35,880 bases of DNA from Acidimicrobiales bacterium (lineage in GTDB: Bacteria; Actinomycetota; Acidimicrobiia; Acidimicrobiales; Palsa-688), in the NCBI GenBank assembly GCA_051984455.1, contig JBPYFF010000096.1, positions 1 to 35,880 of the forward strand, given 5' to 3'. How positions within the stretch are numbered: position 1 is the stretch's first letter; the number at the start of each line of letters is the position of its first letter. Position numbers and translations under genes: made by a program. Positions 16,181 through 26,017 of this stretch are shown piece after piece. The notes beneath the pieces are model-generated. The model made no database searches, was not told where the DNA came from, and saw only the letters and a list, made by a program, of their open reading frames with translations.

Positions 16181-17009
16181 GCTGCCCGAGGTCGAGACCA
16201 TCAGGCGGGATCTGGAAAAGGAGTTCGTCGGAAAGCGCGTCAAGGCAGTCGAGGTCGACGGACTCCGGTCGATCCGGCGCCATGGGAGCTCCCGGGCCTT
16301 CGCCTCCCGACTCGAGGGCCGAAGGGTGACCGGGGTGGCGCGGAGGGGCAAGTACCTCGTGATCAAGCTTGACGGCGGAGACCTGCTCGTGGCCCACCTC
16401 GGGATGAGCGGGCAGCTCCTGCGGGTGAGCTCGAAACAGCCGAGAGAACGCCACACCCATGTCGTCATCTCATTCACCCAGGGGAGCCAGCTTCGGTTCG
16501 TTGATCCCCGGACCTTCGGCGAGCTGTTCGTGACGACGCCCGATGCGCTTCCAGACGAGGTCCCGGAGTTGGCCCATCTGGGCTTCGATCCCCTGGACGA
16601 CGTCATGAGCTGGACCCACTTCGCCGAGTTGCTGTACTCCAAGAAGACCAAGCTGAAGCCGCTGCTGATGGACCAGCGATTCGTCGCCGGCATCGGCAAC
16701 ATCTATGCCGACGAGATCCTGTTCGCGGCTGGCCTCCGCCATGACCGGGGGTCGGAGACGCTCACCGCCCAGGAAGTCCGGCGGCTCTATCGAGCCATGG
16801 TCGAAACGCTGCAGGACGCGATCAAACACCGGGGCTCGTCCCTTGCCGATGAGCAGTATCGAGATCTGTTCGGTGACGCCGGCGACTTTCAGAGCCAGCA
16901 CAAGGTCTATGACCGCGAAGGGCTGGCCTGCCGGCGATGCCGCAACCCCATCGCCAAAGTGAAGGTGAACGGCCGGTCGACCTTCCACTGCCCCCAATGC
17001 CAGGTGTGA
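16173..17009 (+). CDS. mutM: Formamidopyrimidine-DNA glycosylase (Fpg/MutM)
   Basis: The (M)PELPEVE N-terminus carries the catalytic Pro2. H2TH region, and a C-terminal zinc finger CRRC...CPQC. The GTG start overlaps the rnc 3' end by 8 nt. Confidence 0.93.
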   Translation: MPELPEVETIRRDLEKEFVGKRVKAVEVDGLRSIRRHGSSRAFASRLEGRRVTGVARRGKYLVIKLDGGDLLVAHLGMSGQLLRVSSKQPRERHTHVVISFTQGSQLRFVDPRTFGELFVTTPDALPDEVPELAHLGFDPLDDVMSWTHFAELLYSKKTKLKPLLMDQRFVAGIGNIYADEILFAAGLRHDRGSETLTAQEVRRLYRAMVETLQDAIKHRGSSLADEQYRDLFGDAGDFQSQHKVYDREGLACRRCRNPIAKVKVNGRSTFHCPQCQV

Positions 17010-17109
17010 GGCGCCGGCGCCGCTTGGGCCGCTGGCCGGCGTGGCGGGCATGCCGGACAAGGAACGGGTCCGCGGCCGGCGGCGGGGACGCCGCTAGGTT
17101 GGCCGCAGC

Positions 17110-20100
17110 GTGTTTCTGAAGTCGCTCACCCTCAAGGGCTTCAAGTCGTTCGCGGACACCACCACCCTGGAGTTTGAGCCGGGAGTGACGGTCGTGGTCG
17201 GACCGAACGGCAGCGGCAAGTCCAACATCGTCGACGCTGTCGCGTGGGTGTTGGGGGCGCAGGGGCCGCGCATGCTGCGTTCGGCCCGGATGGAGGACGT
17301 CATCTTCGCCGGCACCCCGCGGCGGCAGGCGCTGGGCCGGGCCGAGGTCTCCCTGACGATCGACAATCAGGCGGGGCTGTTGCCGATCGACTTTTCCGAG
17401 GTGACGGTCACGCGGACGCTGTTTCGGTCGGGGGACAGTGAGTACGCCATCAACGCTGTCCCCTGCCGTCTCCTGGATGTCCAGGAGCTGCTTTCCGATA
17501 CCGGCGTCGGCCGGCAGCAACACGTGATTGTCTCCCAGGGCCAGCTCGATTCGGTCCTCAACGCCCGGCCGGAAGACCGGCGACTGATCATCGAAGAAGC
17601 CGCCGGAGTGTTGAAGTTCCGGCGGCGCAAGGAGAAGGCCGAGCGCAGACTCGAGTCGACCGAGAGCAGTTTGCTTCGATTGCAGGACCTGCTGCGTGAA
17701 GTGCGTCGCCAGCTCGGCCCATTACAGCGTCAGGCGGACGCAGCCCGCCGGCACGGGGACCTGGTGGCTGAGCTGGTGGCCTTTCGCCGGCACCTCGCCG
17801 GCCGGGACCTGGCTGCGATCGATTCCCGCCTGGCCCGCTGTCGGGCCAGCCGCTCCGACCTGGCCCAGGCTGAGCGTGAGGTCCGCCGCGCCTTGACCGG
17901 CCTCGACACCGCTGTTGCCGCAAAAGAAGCAGAGCTATCGGCGGCCCGCAGCCTGGCCGACACCGCCGACCTGGCCGACGCCTTGTCGCGAGCGGAAGGA
18001 TTGCGGGCTCAGGCCAGGGGACTCTGCGCCCTGCTCGCCGAGCGCCGGCGGTCGGTGATGAGGGATCGCACGGCCGCGCTCGACGCCAATCTGGTCGCCA
18101 ACCTGGAAGCAGAGGCGGTCCGGCTGGCCGATGACCTGGCCGAAGTCGATGGCGTCATGGGGGAGCTGGCCACGCAGTCAAGCGACGAGGCGGCGGCGGA
18201 AACCTCCCTGCAGGTGGAGGTCGAAGCGTTCGAGCGCAGCTGCCGGGCTTCGGCGACCGCGTCACCGGAGACGGCGGCTGCGGAGGCTCGGTCGGAGCTT
18301 GGCGCCCTCCGGAACAGTGTGGAGCGGGGCCGGGCCGAGCTGCGCCGCATCGACGGACTGCTCGAGGCAGTGGGGCACCGGACCGCTCGGCTGCAACGGG
18401 ATGCCGTGGCCCAACAAGGTTTTCTCCAGCAGCTGGCTGAGGCTGAGCCGGGGGAAGCGGCGGCCGCCGAGGAAGCGAAGGGCAGGGATGACGCCTCAGT
18501 CGCGTCGCTGCGCCAGGCGGAGTCGGTCGCCCGCTCGGCTGAGCTCGAGCACCAGCGCTGGTTGGCACGGGCGGACGCACTCGCGGCGGCACGCGACGAG
18601 GCCCGGGCCAGAGCGGGTGGGGACCACCTGGCCGAGCTCAGTGGTTTCGTGGGAAGCCTGCTGGAGCTGGTCGAAGTCGATGAGGGCTGGGCGGCAGCCT
18701 TCGAGGCGGCGGTGGGTGAGGCCGCCAGCGCCATGGTCATGGAGGATGCCGGTGCCGCCAGGCGCGCCATCCAGCACCTGAAGGAGCTGGAAGCGGCCGG
18801 CGCCGTGGTAGCGCTTCCAGACCCCGCGGGCGCATGGATGCTCTCGGCGGAGCCAGATGACGTCGCAGCCGGCACCGAGGCGGTGCGCTCCCATGTCCGT
18901 GGCCGGCTGCCCGGGGTCGGCCAGTTACTGGATCGGCTACTGGCCGGGGTGATCGTCGTTGCCGGCGACTGGGACGAGGCCGTCGACCTGGCCATGGCCA
19001 GGCCCGAGCTGATCGTGGTCACCAGAGACGGCGATCGCTTTGCGCCGGCAGGGTGGCGGCTTCAGGCCGCCGCTCGCGGCGCGTCAGGGACGGCCCTCGA
19101 ACAGGCACGGATCCGGGTTGCCGAGACAGCCGCCGTTGCCGCCCGTGTGGCCGCGACCGTCGGCGACGCCAGGCTCGAAGCGGACCGCTGTCGGGACCTC
19201 TCGACTCAGATGGCTCAGAAGCTGGCGGCGGTTCGAGCGCAGCTCCCGCAGGCAGAGGACGCCTCGCGGCGGCTACGGCGGGATGTCGACGAGGCCCTCG
19301 GCGAGCAGGACCCGCTCGGCGCCCAACGGGTCGAGCTAGTCGAGCGCCTGGCCCGCGAAGAGGAAGCGACGGACGAGCTGGCCACGCAGCTCCCGGCCCT
19401 GGAGGAGGCCGCGGCCGCCGCGGCCGGCCGGGCGCTGTCCGAGCGTGCCGCCCGGGCGCGGCTGGGGGAGCGAGCGGCTGCCATCGCGGCGCGCCGGCGC
19501 GAGCTCGAGGTCAGGGCGGCTGGCCTGGAACAACGCCGGGACCTCCTCGTCACTCGGAGGACGGAAATCGAGCAGCAGTTGGCGAACCACGCCACGGCCC
19601 GCGAGAACGCGGCCGCCCGGCGGCAACAACTCGACATCATGGCCGGCGCCACCGATCGACTTCAGGCGACGGTGGAAGACCGGGTCGGCCAACTCGACCG
19701 GCTGGTCGAACTGCTTCGCCATGCTCGCCGCCAGGAGGCGGACCTGTCGCGGGCCATCATCGACCGGCTGGAGCAACTCCGCCGCGAGCGAGCAACGGCC
19801 GAGCACCAGCTGGCCGACGTGCGAGAGCGGTTGTCGCGAACTGGGCTGGACGAGACCGAGACGCGCGTTCGGCTGGAGGCTCTCGTCGACACCGTGCGGC
19901 GGGAACTGGACTGCGAGCCCGAGCAGTTGGCAGCCGCCCCGTGCCCGCCCCTTCCAGCCGGGACGAATGCGACCAGCCGGGTGCGGGAGCTCGAACGGGA
20001 GCTCCGCCTCATGGGCCCCATCAACCCCCTGGCCCTTGAAGAGCATGCCTCCCTTGAGGAGCGGCACAGTTTCCTCGAAACCCAGCTCAATGACGTCCGG

Positions 20101-20613
20101 TCGGCTCGCCGGGAGCTGGCCAAGGTCATCAAAGCGATCGATGCCGAGATCGTCGACGTGTTTCGTGCCGCCTACGCCGACACGGCCGATAACTTCGAGC
20201 GACTGTTCGCGACCCTCTTTCCCGGCGGGCAGGGGCGGCTGCGGCTCACCGATCCAGACCAGCTGCTCGAAACCGGGATCGAGGTCGAGGCTCGCCCCTC
20301 GGGCAAGAACGTGCGAAGGCTGTCGCTGCTCTCCGGTGGCGAGCGGAGTCTGGCCGCGCTCGCCTTTCTGTTTGCCGTGTTCCGCAGTCGCCCCTCACCC
20401 TTTTACCTGCTCGACGAGGTCGAGGCGGCTCTGGACGACGTCAACCTTCACCGTTTCCTGGATCTCATGCACGAGTTCCGTGAAGAGGCCCAGTTGCTGG
20501 TCGTGAGCCATCAGAAGCGCACGATGGAAGCCGCCGATTGCCTGTATGGCGTCACCATGCAACCCGGCGGCTCGTCCCGGGTGGTGAGCGAGAGAGTCAC
20601 GGCCGGCGCCTGA
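17110..20613 (+). CDS. smc: Chromosome partition protein Smc
   Basis: MFLKSLTLKGFKSFAD...GPNGSGKSN (Walker A), very long Ala/Arg/Glu coiled coils around a hinge, LSGGERSLAALAFLFA signature and YLLDEVEAALD (Walker B). 1167 aa. Confidence 0.96.
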   Translation: MFLKSLTLKGFKSFADTTTLEFEPGVTVVVGPNGSGKSNIVDAVAWVLGAQGPRMLRSARMEDVIFAGTPRRQALGRAEVSLTIDNQAGLLPIDFSEVTVTRTLFRSGDSEYAINAVPCRLLDVQELLSDTGVGRQQHVIVSQGQLDSVLNARPEDRRLIIEEAAGVLKFRRRKEKAERRLESTESSLLRLQDLLREVRRQLGPLQRQADAARRHGDLVAELVAFRRHLAGRDLAAIDSRLARCRASRSDLAQAEREVRRALTGLDTAVAAKEAELSAARSLADTADLADALSRAEGLRAQARGLCALLAERRRSVMRDRTAALDANLVANLEAEAVRLADDLAEVDGVMGELATQSSDEAAAETSLQVEVEAFERSCRASATASPETAAAEARSELGALRNSVERGRAELRRIDGLLEAVGHRTARLQRDAVAQQGFLQQLAEAEPGEAAAAEEAKGRDDASVASLRQAESVARSAELEHQRWLARADALAAARDEARARAGGDHLAELSGFVGSLLELVEVDEGWAAAFEAAVGEAASAMVMEDAGAARRAIQHLKELEAAGAVVALPDPAGAWMLSAEPDDVAAGTEAVRSHVRGRLPGVGQLLDRLLAGVIVVAGDWDEAVDLAMARPELIVVTRDGDRFAPAGWRLQAAARGASGTALEQARIRVAETAAVAARVAATVGDARLEADRCRDLSTQMAQKLAAVRAQLPQAEDASRRLRRDVDEALGEQDPLGAQRVELVERLAREEEATDELATQLPALEEAAAAAAGRALSERAARARLGERAAAIAARRRELEVRAAGLEQRRDLLVTRRTEIEQQLANHATARENAAARRQQLDIMAGATDRLQATVEDRVGQLDRLVELLRHARRQEADLSRAIIDRLEQLRRERATAEHQLADVRERLSRTGLDETETRVRLEALVDTVRRELDCEPEQLAAAPCPPLPAGTNATSRVRELERELRLMGPINPLALEEHASLEERHSFLETQLNDVRSARRELAKVIKAIDAEIVDVFRAAYADTADNFERLFATLFPGGQGRLRLTDPDQLLETGIEVEARPSGKNVRRLSLLSGGERSLAALAFLFAVFRSRPSPFYLLDEVEAALDDVNLHRFLDLMHEFREEAQLLVVSHQKRTMEAADCLYGVTMQPGGSSRVVSERVTAGA

Positions 20614-20661
20614 ACTCGCCCCGGTCTTGCCTTGGTCCGTCAGGACTTAGGCTCCGAGATC

Positions 20662-21831
20662 ATGACGATCGCCATCATTTTGATCGCCCTTGCAGTCGTG
20701 TTCGGCGGCACAGCGTTGTTCATCACGGTGACCCGGCGACGGGGAGGAAGGCCGGAGCTCGAGCCGCCAACAGCTCCGCCGGCCGGGCCCGTCACCCCCA
20801 GGGCCGAGCCCCAGCTGGCGCCAGAGCAGGTGGCAGAGATCGAGGCCGCGCTCAAGGGAGCGCAACCAGAAGCCGCGCCCGAGGTTGTCGAGGAACCTCT
20901 TCCGGCCCCGCCGGAGGAGCCCCCTCCAGCGCCGGTCAAGCCCCGCTTTCGTGACCGCCTGGGGCAGGCGCGCTCGCTGTTCGGGGGGTACGTCCGCTCC
21001 GTCCGGTCGCGGGGGAAGATCAGCGAGGAGACGTGGGAGGATCTCGAGGAGGCGCTCATTCGGGCCGACGTCGGGGTGGAGCTGACGACGGCGCTGCTCG
21101 AGGACCTTCGGCGTCGGGTCAAGGCGGAATCGATCTCAGAGCCCGACGCAGTGCTCGACGCCTTGAGGGACGCGCTGGTGGAGCGCCTGGCCGGCGATCG
21201 TGAGCTGCACTTTGCCGATGCCGCTCCTGACATCTGGCTCTTCGTCGGCGTCAATGGCGTGGGCAAGACGACGACGATTGGAAAGATGGGGATGCGGGCG
21301 ATCGGCGACGGCCGGTCAGTGGTGATGGCCGCGGCCGACACCTTCCGGGCGGCAGCCGCGGATCAACTTGACCTGTGGGCGAGAAGGGTCGGCGCTGATC
21401 TCGTTCGGGGAGCGGAAGGAGGTGATCCGGGAGCCGTCGTGTTCGATGCCAAGGAACGGGCCGCCGCTCGCCATTCGGACCTGGTCCTCGCCGACACCGC
21501 CGGCCGGCTGCACACCAAGGTCAATCTCATGGAGGAATTGAAAAAGGTGCGCCGGGTGGCCGAGCGACCTCCCGGTCAGCTGAGCGAGGTGCTGCTCGTC
21601 ATTGACGCCACCACCGGCCAGAACGGCCTCGTCCAGGCGAAGGAATTCGCCGCCGCCGTCGGCGTGACCGGCGTGGTGCTCACCAAGCTGGACGGGACCG
21701 CCAAAGGCGGCATCGCCCTCGCCATCCAGTCCGAGCTTGGCATCCCGATCAAGCTGGTTGGCCTGGGAGAGGCGCCCGAGGACCTGGTCGACTTCGACCC
21801 GTCCGAGTTCGTGGACGCCCTCCTGACCTGA
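20662..21831 (+). CDS. ftsY: Signal recognition particle receptor FtsY (N-terminal TM anchor plus Pro/Ala/Glu-rich linker)
   Basis: NG domain with GVNGVGKTTTIGK, DTAGRL and TKLDGTAKGG. The start ATG 20662 puts the hydrophobic helix at the extreme N-terminus; the alternative is TTG 20632. Confidence 0.92.
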   Translation: MTIAIILIALAVVFGGTALFITVTRRRGGRPELEPPTAPPAGPVTPRAEPQLAPEQVAEIEAALKGAQPEAAPEVVEEPLPAPPEEPPPAPVKPRFRDRLGQARSLFGGYVRSVRSRGKISEETWEDLEEALIRADVGVELTTALLEDLRRRVKAESISEPDAVLDALRDALVERLAGDRELHFADAAPDIWLFVGVNGVGKTTTIGKMGMRAIGDGRSVVMAAADTFRAAAADQLDLWARRVGADLVRGAEGGDPGAVVFDAKERAAARHSDLVLADTAGRLHTKVNLMEELKKVRRVAERPPGQLSEVLLVIDATTGQNGLVQAKEFAAAVGVTGVVLTKLDGTAKGGIALAIQSELGIPIKLVGLGEAPEDLVDFDPSEFVDALLT

Positions 21832-21917
21832 GCGCGCCGTTGACCTGAGCAGGCAGGCCGCCCGTCGACGTCGTGCCGGCTGCCAGCCGGCCGCCGTCAG
21901 GTACCCTCCTAATCTCG

Positions 21918-23249
21918 ATGTTCCCGTCGCTGTCTGATCGTTTCGACACTATCTTCACCCGCCTGCGGGGCCGCGGCCGGCTGAACGAGGCCGACGTCGA
22001 GGAGGTCTTGCGCGAGATCCGGCTGGCCCTTCTCCAGGCCGACGTGAACATCCGGGTGGTGCGGACCTTCGTCTCCCGCGTGAGGGAGAAAACGGTCGGC
22101 GCCGACCTCTCGCAGAGTCTCAGCCCCGCCCAGCAGGTCATCAAGATCGTGCACGATGAGCTGGTCGCCATTCTCGGTGGCGAGCCGCTCAAGATCACCT
22201 ACGCCTCCCGCCCTCCGACCGTTGTTCTGCTGGCGGGTCTCCAGGGCTCAGGCAAAACGACGGCTGCGGCCAAGCTGGCCCGGTGGTTCAAACAGCAGGG
22301 TCGCCAACCTCTGCTGGTTGGGGCCGACCTGCAGCGGCCGGCTGCGGTGGAACAGCTCCGGGTACTCGGACGTCAGGCGGGCGTCTTCGTATACAGCGAT
22401 GACTCGGATCCGGTGACCGTTTCCAAGACCGCGGTCGCCGAGGCCCAGCGCCTTGGCCGGGATGTACTGATCGTCGATACCGCCGGGCGGCTGGCAATCG
22501 ACGAGCAGTTGATGGATGAGGTCCGCCGCATTTCCGGGGCGATCGAGCCCAACTTCACCTTCCTGGTCGTCGACGCAATGACCGGCCAGGACGCGGTGGC
22601 CGTCGCCGAGGCCTTTCACCACACCCTCGACCTCGACGGGGTGATCCTGACCAAGCTCGACGGCGACGCCCGGGGAGGGGCGGCGCTGTCGGTCAAGGAG
22701 GTGGTGGGAAGGCCGATCGCGTTCGCGTCCGTCGGCGAGAAGCTGGCGGACTTTGAACCCTTCTATCCCGATCGCATGGCCGGCCGCATCCTCGGGATGG
22801 GAGACGTCCTCACCCTCATCGAAAAGGCAGAGGCGACGTACGACCAGGAGGTCGCCGCCAAGGCCGCCAGCAAGCTCCAGGAAGGGGAATTCACGCTCGA
22901 GGACTTCCTCGAGCAGATGCAGCAAGTGAAGAAGATGGGGCCACTGTCGGGGATCGTCGGTATGCTTCCGGGAATCCCCAAAGAGCTCAAGAATGCCAAC
23001 ATCGACGACACGGAGCTCTCGAGGGTCGAAGCGATCATTCACTCGATGACGCTCCAGGAGCGGCGGGAACCGTCGCTCATCAATGGTTCGAGACGGCTCA
23101 GGATCGCAAACGGCAGTGGAAGGACGACGTCAGAGGTCAACCTGCTGCTGAAGCAGTTCAAGGAAATGCAGCGGATGATGAAACAGTTCTCAGGCATGCC
23201 GGGCGTGGGACGCAGGGTTAACAAGAAGAAGAAGAGGAAGGGCCGCTAA
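21918..23249 (+). CDS. ffh: Signal recognition particle protein Ffh
   Basis: MFPSLSDRFDTIFTRLRGRGRL canonical N-terminus, GLQGSGKTT, DTAGRL, TKLDGDARGG, and a Met-rich M domain with a basic C-terminal tail. The track ORF starts upstream at 21873. Confidence 0.95.
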   Translation: MFPSLSDRFDTIFTRLRGRGRLNEADVEEVLREIRLALLQADVNIRVVRTFVSRVREKTVGADLSQSLSPAQQVIKIVHDELVAILGGEPLKITYASRPPTVVLLAGLQGSGKTTAAAKLARWFKQQGRQPLLVGADLQRPAAVEQLRVLGRQAGVFVYSDDSDPVTVSKTAVAEAQRLGRDVLIVDTAGRLAIDEQLMDEVRRISGAIEPNFTFLVVDAMTGQDAVAVAEAFHHTLDLDGVILTKLDGDARGGAALSVKEVVGRPIAFASVGEKLADFEPFYPDRMAGRILGMGDVLTLIEKAEATYDQEVAAKAASKLQEGEFTLEDFLEQMQQVKKMGPLSGIVGMLPGIPKELKNANIDDTELSRVEAIIHSMTLQERREPSLINGSRRLRIANGSGRTTSEVNLLLKQFKEMQRMMKQFSGMPGVGRRVNKKKKRKGR

Positions 23250-23252
23250 GTC

Positions 23253-23534
23253 ATGGCCGTAAAGCTCCGCCTGATGCGGATGGGGAAAAAGAAGCAGCCG
23301 ACCTACCGGGTGGTGGCGGCTGACAGCCGCTCGCCTCGTGACGGCCGGTTCATCGAGATCCTCGGGACGTACGAGCCGCGAGCCGATCCCTCGGTTGTCA
23401 GGATTGACAACGCCAGGGCGGTCAAGTGGCTGTCCGAGGGAGCGCAGCCCACTGAAAGGGTGGCGAAGCTGCTCGCGCAGTCGGGGGCCATGGACGAGTT
23501 CCAGGCTGTCCACGCCGGGGAGGCACAGGCGTGA
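23253..23534 (+). CDS. rpsP: 30S ribosomal protein S16
   Basis: [42 protein letters not shown] is canonical S16. Confidence 0.95.
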   Translation: MAVKLRLMRMGKKKQPTYRVVAADSRSPRDGRFIEILGTYEPRADPSVVRIDNARAVKWLSEGAQPTERVAKLLAQSGAMDEFQAVHAGEAQA

Positions 23535-23842
23535 GCACCGGCACGGGCGAGGACTCGGTCGATCACGAGGAGGACGTGGACGACTTCAACCGGGTCAAGG
23601 GGGGCATGGCCAGGGCCGTCCTCGAATACCTGGCCAGGAGCATCGTCGACGACCCTGATGGGGTGGTGATCGAGCTCGAGGAAGGACGCCGCGGTGGCGT
23701 CCGCCTGGCGCTCCATGTTTCCGCCGACGACATGGGCAAGGTCATCGGCCGTCGGGGCCGGGTGGCTCAGGCCATACGGACCGTGGTGCGGGCAGCCGGA
23801 GCGCGGGAGGGCGTCGACGTAAGCGTCGACATCGTCGACTGA
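23531..23842 (+). CDS. KH-domain RNA-binding protein (YlqC/UPF0109 family)
   Basis: [20 protein letters not shown] contains the KH GxxG loop. Its position between rpsP and rimM is conserved. GTG 23531 forms a GTGA overlap with rpsP, and the acidic N-terminal extension has near-100% GC3, which supports translation. The alternative is ATG 23606, which would give the usual ~78-aa size. Confidence 0.85.
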   Translation: MSTGTGEDSVDHEEDVDDFNRVKGGMARAVLEYLARSIVDDPDGVVIELEEGRRGGVRLALHVSADDMGKVIGRRGRVAQAIRTVVRAAGAREGVDVSVDIVD

Positions 23843-23850
23843 GCCGGCGG

Positions 23851-24333
23851 TTGTCAGCCCCGAGGCTCGAAGTGGGCCGGATCCTCAAGGCCCACGGGCT
23901 TGCGGGCGAAGTGGTCGTCGCGCTCGTCACCAACCGCAGGGAACGGCTTGAACCGGGCTCCGTGTTGCACGCTGGTACCCGCGCGCTGGAAGTGTGGCGC
24001 TCACGGCCGTTCTCGGCCACAGGAGAAGGACGATGGATTGTGACCTTTCGGGGCGTGGAAGGTCGGGAAGCGGCGGAAGCGCTGCGGGGAGCGGTCCTCT
24101 CCGCCGAACCGATCGACGATCCGGGCGGGATGTGGGTTCACGAGCTGATCGGAGCGGAGGTCCTGGATCTGGCCGGGACTCGTTATGGGGTCGTGGAGGC
24201 GGTTGAGGCCAACCCGGCCAGCGACCTGCTGGTCCTTAGCAACGGAACGCTGATCCCCCTGACGTTCGTGGTTGAGCAGAGACAGGGGGAGATCACCATT
24301 GACCCGCCCGCCGGCTTAACGGCTGACAGATGA
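23851..24333 (+). CDS. rimM: Ribosome maturation factor RimM
   Basis: LEVGRILKAHGLAGEVVV (canonical RimM N-terminal motif) and a PRC-barrel C-terminal half. The TTG start at 23851 is uncertain. Confidence 0.88.
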   Translation: MSAPRLEVGRILKAHGLAGEVVVALVTNRRERLEPGSVLHAGTRALEVWRSRPFSATGEGRWIVTFRGVEGREAAEALRGAVLSAEPIDDPGGMWVHELIGAEVLDLAGTRYGVVEAVEANPASDLLVLSNGTLIPLTFVVEQRQGEITIDPPAGLTADR

Positions 24334-24364
24334 GAGCTTTAGCGGATGAGAGCTTTGGATGAGA
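24329..24364 (+). repeat. Triplicated GATGAGA(GCTTT) start-region motif in the rimM-trmD junction
   Basis: GATGAGAGCTTT occurs at 24329-24340 and at 24345-24356, and GATGAGA at 24358-24364. The third copy carries the trmD ATG. The motif is low-GC compared with its surroundings. Confidence 0.8.
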
Positions 24365-25135
24365 ATTGACGTCTTCACGATCTTCCCCGACCTGGTGAGG
24401 GCGTGGTTGGACGCCAGCCTGATCAGCCGGGCCCGCCGGAACGAGCTGGTCGAGGTGCGGGTCCATGACCTCCGCTCCGCCGCAACCGATCCCCACCGCT
24501 CGGTCGACGACACCACCTTCGGCGGGGGGGCCGGGATGGTGCTCGCCCCCGGTCCCATCTTTGATGCGGTTGAGGCCGTCAACCCGCCTCGGCCTTTGTT
24601 CCTCCTCGACCCCGGGGGCCAGAGGTTCGACCAGCCCATGGCGGAACAGCTGGCTCGAGGGGAAGGGTTCTCCCTTCTGAGCGGCCGCTACGAAGGTGTC
24701 GATCAGCGAGTGGCCGACCATCTGGTCGACGGCGAGGTGTCAATCGGCGATTTCGTACTCGCCGGAGGAGAAGTGGCCGCGCTCGCCGTTATCGAGGCGG
24801 TGGTTCGCCTGGTGCCGGGAGTGATGGGCAACGAGGCGTCGGCCGAGCAGGAGAGCTTCACCGACGGGCTGCTCGAGTATCCGCAGTACACCCGTCCGGC
24901 CGACTTTCGGGGCTGGGCTGTGCCTGCCGTGCTGCGCTCCGGTAACCACGGCGAGATCGCTCGGTGGCGCCGGGCCCAGTCGCTGGCGAGAACCCGCGCC
25001 CGCCGTCCGGACCTTCTCGCCGCGAGGGGAGGGCTGACCGAGGACGAACGACAGCTGCTGGCCGAGTACGTCGATCAGCCCGGCACCTGCCATGAGGCCC
25101 GGGTGGAAGATGCCGGCCCGGAGCTTCTATCCTGA
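24359..25135 (+). CDS. trmD: tRNA (guanine37-N1)-methyltransferase TrmD
   Basis: [38 protein letters not shown] and [11 protein letters not shown] are TrmD/SPOUT knot motifs. Confidence 0.95.
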   Translation: MRIDVFTIFPDLVRAWLDASLISRARRNELVEVRVHDLRSAATDPHRSVDDTTFGGGAGMVLAPGPIFDAVEAVNPPRPLFLLDPGGQRFDQPMAEQLARGEGFSLLSGRYEGVDQRVADHLVDGEVSIGDFVLAGGEVAALAVIEAVVRLVPGVMGNEASAEQESFTDGLLEYPQYTRPADFRGWAVPAVLRSGNHGEIARWRRAQSLARTRARRPDLLAARGGLTEDERQLLAEYVDQPGTCHEARVEDAGPELLS

Positions 25136-25173
25136 TCGCTTCCCACCCACCCTGCGGCGAGGAGAACCGCGCC

Positions 25174-25530
25174 ATGAATCCCACCGACCTCGTGGACCGG
25201 AACAATCTGCGGACCGACGTTCCGGATTTCGCGCCCGGCGACACGCTGAAAGTTCACGTCAGGGTGGTTGAGGGCAACCGCGAGAGGGTCCAGCTCTTCC
25301 AGGGCGCGGCCATCCGGCGGCAGGGTTCGGGCGTGAGGGAGACCTTTACGGTCCGCAAGGTCAGCTTCGGTGTTGGAGTCGAGCGGACGTTCCCGGTGCA
25401 CTCTCCGGTCATCGCCAAGATCGAGGTGCTGTCCCGCGGCGATGTCCGCCGGGCGAAGCTGTACTACCTCCGTCAGCGCAGCGGCAAAGCGGCCAAAATC
25501 AAGGAGAAGCGGCAACCTTCCAACCGATGA
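25174..25530 (+). CDS. rplS: 50S ribosomal protein L19
   Basis: [56 protein letters not shown] is canonical L19. GAGGAGAA RBS. Confidence 0.95.
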   Translation: MNPTDLVDRNNLRTDVPDFAPGDTLKVHVRVVEGNRERVQLFQGAAIRRQGSGVRETFTVRKVSFGVGVERTFPVHSPVIAKIEVLSRGDVRRAKLYYLRQRSGKAAKIKEKRQPSNR

Positions 25531-25576
25531 GGCTGTCGGTACGGCCTTCGCGCTTCCGGCCCGAACATCCAGTGAT

Positions 25577-26017
25577 TCAGGGCCGAACGGTGCGGACCCG
25601 GACGGCCGGCACGGCCCCGGCGAGGTGGCTGATGTCATCCGGGCCGGCCGTAACGACGAGGCCGGCTCCGGGGCTGAGGCAGACCGCAACGACGTGAGCA
25701 TCGACGATCCGGTCGCTTCCCGCCGCCCTGGTCGCATGGAGGATCGCCCCCACCTGCCGGGCGAGGGCGAAGTCCGTGTCGACGAGACGGACCGCGGGGC
25801 GCTCGCCGCTCGCCCGTTGATGGCGCGCAGCGGCGGCCTCCAGCGCCCGGGTGCGGGCCCGGCCGCGAGCAACCTCGGAACAAACCAGTGTGGGCGCGAT
25901 CACCTCCCGCCCTCGCCGGAGGGCTTCGGCGAGCACGGCCCGAAACGTGTCAGATGGCCTCGAGGCGATGAGCTCGTCCAGACCGGCTGCGTCGAGGACC
26001 AGCGGGGCACCGGTCAC
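25577..26017 (-). CDS. vapC: PIN-domain toxin, VapC-like (type II toxin-antitoxin)
   Basis: 146 aa. The N-terminal LVLDAAGL (first PIN acidic residue), CSEV, IVDAHVVAV and GPDD supply the acidic quartet pattern. The GTG start overlaps the upstream antitoxin stop (GTGA on the minus strand). Confidence 0.7.
   Translation of the reverse strand: MTGAPLVLDAAGLDELIASRPSDTFRAVLAEALRRGREVIAPTLVCSEVARGRARTRALEAAAARHQRASGERPAVRLVDTDFALARQVGAILHATRAAGSDRIVDAHVVAVCLSPGAGLVVTAGPDDISHLAGAVPAVRVRTVRP

Noticed and set aside
15290-16702. 470-aa minus-strand ORF antisense to rnc and mutM
   Set aside because: It is a shadow ORF across two genes with catalytic signatures on the plus strand.
18009-20506. Several long ORFs inside smc (18009-19022 -, 19053-20039 +, 19336-20067 -, 19445-20506 +)
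   Set aside because: They are alternate-frame or antisense products of the repetitive Ala/Arg/Glu coiled-coil coding region. They are Ser/Ala/Arg/Pro-biased and none is independent of the 1167-aa Smc frame.
21832-21917. SRP (4.5S) RNA or another ncRNA in the ftsY-ffh gap; tRNA genes in any intergenic gap
   Set aside because: The gap is only 86 nt and lacks the conserved SRP domain IV motif. I saw no cloverleaf-compatible segments or T-loop GTTCGAATC-type motifs in any of the intergenic regions.
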